Shown piece after piece: positions 55,275 to 64,000 of a stretch of 64,000 bases of DNA. The notes under the pieces were generated by a model. The model was given only the letters and a program-made list of their open reading frames with translations, searched no databases and was not told where the DNA came from. A program made the translations under genes and the position numbers. This stretch comes from Scyliorhinus canicula (Eukaryota): the NCBI RefSeq assembly GCF_902713615.1, contig NW_024055478.1:678363-742362 (forward strand). Direction: 5' to 3'. Within the stretch, counting starts at the first letter, position 1. Each line of letters starts with the position of its first letter.

Positions 55275-57945
55275 GCCTGAATGGGAGGGATCTACACTAA
55301 CACATAGCATGGAAGTCAAAAACTGAAGGGCCCGTATCTTCCTGCATTGGCAGCTGTCCTACCACCTTCCCCATTGTCAACCTATCGAATTGCCCCTGCA
55401 ATTTTTTCCTCCTCGCATAATCTTTAACCAGAGCCTGCACTTTGTCCCAATACCCTCTATCTGCTAACAACCCCGAAACGAGCCTCCACGCCGGCTTTTG
55501 CTCTCGTCCCGATCTGAGCTGAATCTCCAGCCAGTGGGGTGCATGATCCGAGATTACTATCCCCGTGTACTCTACCTCCTTCACCCCATCCAAAACGACC
55601 CTGAACCCTACATATGTGAAAAAAAGAGATGCTCCCTTCCGCCGGGGTTCTTGAAGCACCACAGGTCCACCATCACCATCTTTTCTATAGACCCGCCCAA
55701 CTCCTTTGCCGTTTATATTCTATCCATTGACCTGGGGCTCGACCTGTCTACCGTCGGTTCTAGGACACAATTAAAATCTCTTCCCATAATCAACTGGTGC
55801 GTGGTCAAGTGGATCGTTCCAGAAACCCACATAAAAACTACATTGTTCCAAGTCGGTGCATGCACATTCACCAATACCACCAGCTTACCTGCTAATACCC
55901 CACTCACTATCACATATCTCCCACCCGGGTCGATTACTTCCTTCGCGCTCACAAACCCCGTTTTCTTACTCATCCACATGGCCACCCCCCGCGACTTTGA
56001 ATCAAACCCCGAGTGGAAAACCTGACCCACCCACCCCTTCTTCAGCCTAGCCTGGTCCTTCACGCGTGGGAGCATCTCCTGCAGAAAGACCCCCCCCCCC
56101 CCCCCCCCCCGCTTTTAAACTCCTTCGATGGGCAAAGACCCCAGATCTCTTCACCGGTCCATTGAGCACTCGCACGTACCATGATATCAGCCTTAGCGGC
56201 GGCTTACACCTCCAGTGCCTCTGCCATCCGCAATCCTTACCTTTCAGCTCTAACCCCGTTAATTTCACCCTATGCAGTTTAAGTACCTGCAGGCACGGGA
56301 CTTCCTACGCACACAGGTCTCAACCTACCCGCTCCTACCACCAAGGGGGACACAGGACAGGGTAATTTCCAGAGTATGGCTGGGATAGAGAAAGTTTTCG
56401 GACATCTATAAAGAACTCATGGGGTCAGAGGAAATGCAGATCGAGGAGCTGAGACACAAATGGGAAGAGGAGCTAGGAAGAGAGATAGAGGATGGTCTCT
56501 GGGCGGATGCATTGAGTAGAGTCAACGCGTCCACAACATGTTGCAGGCTCAGCCTGATACAGTTTAAGGTCGTTCACCGGGCACACATGTCAGTGGTCCA
56601 GATGAGCAGGTTTTTTGGGATAGAAGACAGGTGTGCAAGGTATACAGGAGGACCAGCAAACCATGTCCATATGTTCTGGGCATGCCCGAAGCTTAGGGGA
56701 TTCTGGCAGAGGTTTGCGGGCATTATGTCCACGTGTTAAAAACAAGGGTGGCACCGAGTCCAGAGGTGGCGATTTTCGGAGTGTTGGAAGACCCGGGAAT
56801 CCAGGAGGAGAAAGAGGCAGACGTTCTGGCCTTCGCTTCCCTGGTAGCCGGCAGACGGATATTATTAGCTTGGAGGGACTCAAAGCCCCCGAAGATGGAG
56901 ACCTGGCTATCGGACATGGCCAGCTTTCTCTGTCTGGAGAAAATCAAGTTCGCCTTGAGAGGGTCAATGTCAGGGTTCGCCCGGAGGTGGTAGCCGTTCG
57001 CCGACTTCTATCGAGAAAATTAACCGTCAGCAGAGAGGGGAGGGGTAGTTTAGATTAGTGTGTAAGAACAGTGGGACCTGTGAGGGAGGAAGACGGCCTT
57101 TGCACAGTGTATATATTTGTGTGCACATGGTTTCTTCTGTTGTTGTTACAAAATCACAAATACCACAAATAAAATGTTTTATAAAAAGAAAATTTCACCC
57201 TGTACCTAGCCCATCCAAGACTCTTCTTTTCTCCGCCCCTGACCATGTTTCTTATCAAACCTCACCTCGTCGCATACCCCTCCCTTCACCCCAACCCTCT
57301 CCCTCCCCCCCCCGCCCCCTCCCCCATACCCTCTACAGCCACCTCTCTCGGCCTTCCCCCCCCCCACCTCACTTCCGTTCACCAGCATTATCTGCCAGCC
57401 TAGAAACTCTTTCCCAAAAGCTCCTCCGACTGACCTCCCTCCCCCCCCGCCACCCCCCTCCCCCGCCCTCACCTCTCTGTTCTGTGAAGAAAGTTCCCGG
57501 ATAAACTACCCTTTCCCCACCCAAACAGATCGAACCACAGGTCACCTCTGCCAAAGACAAATAAAAAGAAGCACAGCCCCAGGCAGCAGGATGGGGTGGG
57601 GGAGAGGGGAGAGAGGGAGTGGGGGAGCCGTCCCCTTACAAACCTTTCACCCCTGCACGGTTAGTCAACCCAACAATAAAAATCGGTGTAAAAGAAACCC
57701 ACCCCTCCCTCCAACCCCCGGTCTACCCCATCTCAATTACTTCAAACTGCCAGCACCTCATCGCAAAATTGTTCAGTTCAGTTCCCCTCAGTTGATGTTC
57801 CTTGATAAAGTCATTGGCCGCTTCTGGAGTCTCAAAATAGTATTGCCAGTCTTCATAGGTCAGCCATAGTTTCGCCGTGTACATCAGCCCAACCCTGACC
57901 CGCTGTACAAAAACCGGCAAGGCACTCTCACATCCTCTCATTGAG
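55275..57945 (-). mobile_element. L1-clade 5' portion (ORF1 end, spacer, EN domain)
   Basis: GLMYTAKLWLTY...YYFETPEAA (ORF1 C-terminus); GWVGQVFHSGFDSKSRGVA...GRYVIVSG...NVHAP...MGRDFN, ISDHAP (EN). Confidence 0.85.
56272..57190 (+). mobile_element. 5'-truncated L1 nested antisense in the older L1, 11-bp TSD
   Basis: ORF2 C-terminus (LSLIQFKVVHRAH...NHVHMFWACPKL), AATAAA/A-rich end; AATTTCACCCT at 56261-56271 and 57191-57201. Confidence 0.85.
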
Positions 57946-58642
57946 AAATCACAATATGTAGATCAGTTTTGCTGAATACCTGTTTGTGTTAATTCAATCC
58001 AGCACTCTATCCGCTTTCTGCCGCCGCTGAGCAGATTATTTCAAGGGAATCTCGGGCTCTGACAAAATAAAGACACTCCGCTATCCTACCTCAATAATGT
58101 CACTCCGCTATCCTACCTCAAAGACTGATCCTGTTCAGTGCCCAACATTGTCTTTACTGAAGTCCTCGTTCCTTTTGTGAGGAGAACACTTTCACCCTCT
58201 CCCTCCCTCTACATTATTATCATTAATCGGAAAACAAAGAGCTTTGCTGTGAATTGCTGAATTGTGGAACACGGGAACTGCACGTTGAGAGGTTGTCATC
58301 TGCTGTTTGTTGCAATCTCCGCAATGCAGAAAGAGGCCATTCGACCTGTCGGAGTCTGCATGGAAAGACCACCTTACCTAGGCATAATCGCCTGTCCTGT
58401 AACTGCACCTAACCTGCTCATCTATGGTAGAAAACCGGAGCAACCGAAGGAAGTGCACGCAGAATGTGAAAGCTTCACAAGACACTCACGTAAGGCCGGA
58501 ATTGAACCTGGGTCCCTGGCGCTGCAGTGCTACGGTATTATTTTTGTTAGCGTAAGTTAATTACCTGTAATATATGAAAACTATAATTGTTCTGTATTCT
58601 CCATGATCGGGGAGCCGGCAAATCACCTTGTGGGTGCTTATA

Positions 58643-59014
58643 GGGGCAGCACGGTAGCATGGTGGTGGGGCAGCACGGTAGCATGGTGGTTAGCATAAAT
58701 GCTTCACAGCTCCAGGGTCCCAGGTTCGGTTCCCGGCTGGGTCACTGTCTGTGCGGAGTCTGCACGTCCTCCCCGTGTGTGCGTGGGTTTCCTCCGGGTG
58801 CTCCGGTTTCCTCCCACAGTCCAAAGATGTGCGGGTTAGGTGGATTGGCCATGCTAAATTGCCCGTAGTGTCCTAAAAAAAAGTAAGGTCAAGGGGGGGT
58901 TGTTGGGTTACGGGTATAGGGTGGATACGTGGGTTTGAGTAGGGTGATCATTGCTCGGCACAACATTGAGGGCCGAAGGGCCTGTTCTGTGCTGTACTGT
59001 TCTATGTTCTATGT
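58643..59014 (+). mobile_element. Young HE1-like SINE with duplicated 24-bp head
   Basis: GGGGCAGCACGGTAGCATGGTGGT twice, full body, (TTCTATG)n tail. Confidence 0.92.
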
Positions 59015-59420
59015 TATCTCCCCTCATATAGCTTGAATAAGTAGGTTCTGAACTGAAACTCTGTGCTTGTCGTCTGGTCATAGAGGAAAACTGTCGGTGT
59101 GAAGATTGATATTCACAACATACAATCCGTGACAAACAGCAGAGGGATACAGCATAAATATTAATGTTAATCACCGGCACAGATCCACTTTAAATATTTC
59201 ACTGACTGGACATCTTCATGGGCTAACCTTGGGCTTTCTACACAAACAGTTCCCAGCAGTGAGAGAACAATTTTAGAATTATTTAACAAGCACCCTCCTG
59301 TGGAAGTTCATCGCCTTCTACTCAATAGGACGGATCCAAGAATAACCAATTTCGAATAAAACAATTTACACTCGGTGCGAATTTCAGATTCAATTTCACT
59401 CTGTTTGCCGCTCCCAGTTC

Positions 59421-59428
59421 TGACGTCA
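59421..59428. promoter_or_regulatory. CRE upstream of TCR V leader
   Basis: TGACGTCA about 200 bp 5' of ATG 59628; AP-1-type TGAGTCA near 59545. Confidence 0.55.
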
Positions 59429-59627
59429 TGAATTAGAGAACAAAGAACCTGCAAATTGATTGGATGATTTGGAGAATAATGGGTTGATTGGTTATTCCCT
59501 GGTGTTTCTGTCACAAACTAGCCAATCCGCAAAGAGGCTGGATATGAGTCAACCTGTAACCAGTTCTTGAGTGGAAACTATTTCAGGTGGAAGGAGCCTC
59601 TTCAAACCCGCCACCATCTCTGTGAAT

Positions 59628-59679
59628 ATGTTCACTGTTACTTTTTCCTTTATCTTTACAGCAGCTGCTGTCTTAACTG
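59628..59679 (+). CDS. Leader exon of V at 60078
   Basis: MFTVTFSFIFTAAAVLT plus G|GTAAGT, in frame with the V exon. Confidence 0.8.
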
Positions 59680-60077
59680 GTAAGTTCGAATGTTACGTAA
59701 CTCTGCGTTTCACATCTATCTCATAATTTGTATTTAAGCGGTTAGTGCAGAGAACACAGAAATATCCATGCCTTGTTTCTAAGTGCAGAAACAATCATTC
59801 AGACCGATCTGAACTTAACTCTGAAAACTCGTCTGCAAAATTCGCATTCTCCCCCACTGCCCCTAATCTTACCCCGCTGGAAAGTGCTGAAAGTTGTTCA
59901 AAGGGCTTTTTGTTCTGAACAATATCCCTCCTCCTTGAGTCACATTTTTTAGGGAATGTCTTTCTGCTTAACACTTCTGATTTAATTCCCAGGTCAGTGT
60001 TGCGAGTAATCGTCTGATAATGGGGATAGATACTGCAGCGACATTTTTTTATTTAATATCGCTCTGGTCACTTACAG

Positions 60078-60384
60078 GGTATTGTCGAGGAGATTCAGTT
60101 TCACAGACACCAGCTGACACCTCAGTCCATGAAGGAGGTGACATTGAATTGTTCTGCAATTTCACATCTGCAAGCAGAGACGTTCCTTACCTGCATTGGT
60201 ACCGCCTGAATGCCAGCGGCTCCTTAGAGTACTTGTTGCAAAGGAGCAGATTTAGCGAGAAAACAGAGGGCATTCCAGAGAACCGTTTTTCAGCGAAGCT
60301 CGATGAATCTGGTCTGACTGTCCCGCTGAAACTCTCTGAGGCACAACTGACTGACTCCGCGATGTATTACTGCGCACTGAGACC
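60078..60384 (+). CDS. TCR alpha/delta-type V segment, V exon (intact)
   Basis: TTACAG|GG: GYCRGDSVSQTP...ELFCNFTS...YLHWYR...NRFSAKLD...LTDSAMYYCALRP. Confidence 0.92.
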
Positions 60385-60422
60385 CACAGACACCCTGAAC
60401 CCGCTGAACCTGTACAAAAACT
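60385..60422 (+). other. RSS, 22-bp spacer
   Basis: CACAGAC (60385-60391), 22 bp, ACAAAAACT (60414-60422). Confidence 0.85.
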
Positions 60423-61102
60423 GTCAAAGTGTTCATGCACATAACAACTCTTCAGCGATGTTATAAGTGGGGGTCGAAGATCTTCCACATGCGCACCATC
60501 TTGCTTCTCGTGATACCTGAAATGAAGTGAAATGAAAATCGCTTATTTTCACGAGTAGGCTTCAATTAAGTTACTGTGAAATCCCTTAGTCGCCACATTC
60601 CGGCGCCTGTTCGGGGAGGCTGGTATGGGAATTGAACCGTGCTGCTGGTCTGCCTTGGTCTGCTTTAAACCTCTTACATTGAATTCTGTTAAATGTATGG
60701 CTGTCATCTGAATATAAATTATACTCATTCTTAATAACAACATATCAGTTATCAGTATGCGTTTGCCCATCGTCAGTTTATGGGGAAATGTTGTTGGTGA
60801 ATGTCTCGGCTTGTGTAACACTTACCTGGACATATGAAAATAACAAATGCATTCAAGAATGGAAATTGCCAGCTTCCGCCTGTAGGTATTTCTCATTGTG
60901 AACTGTAGAATGAACAACGACAAATCACACCAAGCAGACTCAACTATTAACTTATATTTCCTGTTTTTTCAACTTGTATCGATGATCGTTGTGGACAAGC
61001 TGCAGGGTCTGTGTATTTCATCCCTCCTGCGCTCCCCGATAATTGATGTTCTCATTTTCAGTTTTCATCAAATGTCCGAACGGTGTACAGTTAAGTCCAT
61101 AA

Positions 61103-61116
61103 CCACCAGAGGGCGA
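61103..61116 (+). promoter_or_regulatory. Strong CTCF-like motif between two V segments
   Basis: CCACCAGAGGGCGA matches CCASYAGRKGGCR. Confidence 0.6.
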
Positions 61117-61827
61117 CATGGTCAGAGCCAGCGTCATTCTCAGCACACTGGGATTATGGAGCAAATGCTGTTCAATCGCGGAATCACACTGCGTTTTGAG
61201 TTTTGCAAATAAGAGAGAAGCATAGAAAATAGGAACAGTCGGAGGCCCTACGGCTCTTCCAGCCTGTTCCGGCATTCATTATGATCATGATTTATCTGCC
61301 AACTCATGAGCATAATTCCGCCTTCCCCCATATCCTTTGATCCGTTTCGCCCTAAATCTAAGTCCTATATCTAACTGCTTCTTGAAAATATATAATGCTG
61401 GAATCTCAATCATTGAGCATGTTCAAGACAGAAAACAACAGATGCCTTGAACCGATCAAGAGATATGAAGATAGGACCAGAACGTGGCGTTCGGGTAGAC
61501 GATCAGTCCTGATCTAACTGAATGATAACACAGGACCGAAGGGCCGAATTACCTATTTCTGTTTGCATGTGCCAATCTCCCATGTTTCTATGCACTTCGC
61601 TAATTAAATCTCTAAATCTGATTATTTATAAGAGTATTTATTGTAACCCAGTCTGATGTGCTTCGATTTATTGTCTACAATCTCACTCTTGGGGGTAACA
61701 CAGCATTACTGGATACAGAAGGAAAGGAGGTGAGAACATCCGGCCACCCCACAGCAGATTGTTAAGGGCGGCTTTGGACGGGTTTCTTCAAATACCCAAC
61801 TGGCCTTTCACAGAGCGGACAGTGACA

Positions 61828-62337
61828 ATGCGGCGACTCAATGTCTGTGTGATGTGGAGATCACTTCTGACTGGTAATCATGTGGAAACTTCATTTCACA
61901 GCTGCTCACACACCCCAACCATTGTTCAAGACGATGCCGTCACCTGCTGATAGTTGTAACACTTGCTGCTTTAATATGACACTTTTTTCAAATCTGTGTC
62001 TTGGAGATTCTGTCACTCAACCGGTCTCATCAGATATTAAGAGAGAAGGTGAACTCGTGACTCTAAGATGTACCTATATTACTACATGGAACGGCTACAG
62101 GCTGTACTGGTACCGACATCATCCAGACATGGAACTTGTGTTTATCGTGAGGAAAGACCGTGATGGTTCTGAAGATAACGCAGATATATTTAAATGGCGC
62201 TTCTATCTGGATCTCCAGGCCTCGAACAAATTCCTCAGTTTGATTAACTCTGATCTGAGCCTGTCGGATGCTGCCGTGTATGACTGCGCGTTCAGACGCA
62301 CAGTGAAAGAAACAAGACTCACACCCGTGCAATAAAA
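61828..62337 (+). pseudogene. TCR alpha/delta V, probable pseudogene (splice acceptor lost)
   Basis: Leader 61828-61873 (MRRLNVCVMWRSLLT-G|GTAATC). V exon 61992-62298 is open (GDSVTQP...LRC...LYWYR...DAAVYDCAF) but preceded by TTTTTTCAA instead of CAG. RSS CACAGTG-23-GCAATAAAA. Confidence 0.8.
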
Positions 62338-62825
62338 TGTCCCATGAACAGGAGATGTGAGCCCTTGTCGATTGAGGATTGCTTAGCCTCGTGGACAGAT
62401 GCAAAGCGAGTTGACAGCCGCTCAAACACACAAAGGGGAAACCAAATTAACCTCAGATAAAACTGCCATCCAAGAGTTTCCTTTAGCAGTAGAGAAAATA
62501 ATCTGCAGAATCCAATCGGATAGACAGATAAGGCACATAACGTGACTTCAATCATTCTTCGATGAGGGTTAAGAAGAAAAGCCTTTTATGTTAAGTTGGA
62601 CTTTCCCCAAAACATTACAGACACTGAAACCGACGTCATTACTCTCCCCCGCAAATTCCAAAGCAATTTGTGCAGAAAACTGCAAGCGCCCAAGTTTACA
62701 CTAGTCCTGCAAATTGTGTATTGCATACCAATAACACGAATAAAAGAGCAGGAAGTATTTGACATAAGCATACAGCAACATCTATTCGTAATTTGAGCGT
62801 ACAGAGAATCTCCCAAAATAAAGTC

Positions 62826-63150
62826 ATTTACAAATGGGGCAGCACGGTAGCATTGCGGATAGCACAATCGCTTCACAGCTTCACAGGTTCGATTCCCGGC
62901 TTGGGTCACTGTCTGTCTGCACATCCTCCCCGTGTGTGCGTGGGTTTCCTCCGGGTGCTCCGGTTTCTTCCCACAGTCCAAAGATGTGCAGGTTAGGTGG
63001 ATTGGCCACGCTAAATTGCCCTTGGTGTCCAAAATTGCCCTTAGTGTTGGGTGGGGTTACTGGGCTACTGGGTTATGGGGATAGGGTGGAGGTGTTGACC
63101 TTTCAAGAGCCGGTGCAGACTCGATGGGCCGAATGGCCTTCTTCTGCCCA
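62826..63150 (+). mobile_element. HE1-like SINE
   Basis: GGGGCAGCACGGTAGC head, core, GGGCCGAATGGCC tail. Confidence 0.85.
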
Positions 63151-63770
63151 AATCATGATTTGGATTTGGGTTTATTGTCACGTGAACCGAGGTACAGTGA
63201 AAATTATTGTTCTGCGTCCAGACAGATCGTTTCGTATGTGAAAAACATAGGGTATACGAGAGATACACAGTGTAAAAACATAGTTAATGACATCGGGTGA
63301 GGCATGCAGAGTGCAGAGACGATGCGTGGAGAGTCCAGTTCTGTCCATTAAAGGCCATTCAGGAGTCTGGTAACAGCGGGGAGAAGCTGGTTTTGAACCT
63401 GTTCGTGCCCGTTGTAAGACCTTGTATTTCCTGCCCGACGGAAGATGTTGGCAGAGCGAATAACCCGGGGGCAGGGGTCTTTGATTATTCTGCCCACTTT
63501 TCCCAGGCGGCGGGTGGTGTAGGTGGAGTCAGTGGATGGGAGGCGGGTTCTTGTGATGGACTGGGATTTGTTCAGGACTCTATGTAGTTTCTTCCGGACT
63601 TCGGCCGAGCAATAGCCATATGAGGGCGGCGATGCAGCAGATAGGATGCTTTCTATGGTGCAGCTGTAAAAGTTGTTCACAGTCAATGTGGACATGTGGA
63701 ATTTCCTTAGTTTCCTGAAGAAGTAGAGGCGCTGTTGTGCTTTCCTCGTCGTCGAGTCAACGTAAGTGGC
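63150..63770 (-). mobile_element. Rex1/Babar-type LINE 3' fragment
   Basis: LTVNNFYSCTIESIL...RLPSTDSTYTTRRLGKVGRIIKDP. Confidence 0.75.
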
Positions 63771-64000
63771 CAGACAGAGATTCTAGAGTTTTGATATGAG
63801 TTTGGCTGGGATTATGCTGTTGAAGGCGGACTTTAATGAATAACTACCTTCTTGAAGTAGATGAGAACCTCGTAACTGAGTAGGGAGAGGTGGAGGACGT
63901 CCATGAGTTCACCGTCCAGTTGTCACGTATAGGATCTGAGTGCACGACCATGGACTCAGACAGGATTCGTTACTGTCCGAGGGTTCACTTTCAAGAAGGC

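Overview
Cartilaginous-fish (shark-type) antigen-receptor locus, repeat-rich, eukaryotic. The centre holds a complete, apparently intact IgM heavy-chain gene on the + strand: leader 20844-20901, a germline-joined VDJ exon 21030-21401 with no RSS, Cmu1-4 with secretory tail ending at 33397, and TM1/TM2 ending at 39083. It sits between two divergently oriented arrays of TCR alpha/delta-type V segments. The left array is on the - strand (one intact V, two pseudogenes, further relics). The right array is on the + strand (one intact V, one probable pseudogene). Also present: a two-exon orphan rhodopsin-like GPCR of the shark GPR139-like type (- strand), one tRNA-Glu(TTC), and a full-length intact CR1 LINE. 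The CR1 has a U_UUA_AAC -1 slippery site joining ORF1 to ORF2 and a duplicated CTCF/CCAAT/octamer cassette in its 5' region. The rest is L1, CR1 and Rex1/Babar fragments, tRNA-derived SINEs, Penelope-type palindromes and minisatellites, including a 2.4-kb polypyrimidine array inside an L1. All calls come from manual reading and remembered family motifs; no database search was run, so family assignments, species and novelty need confirmation.
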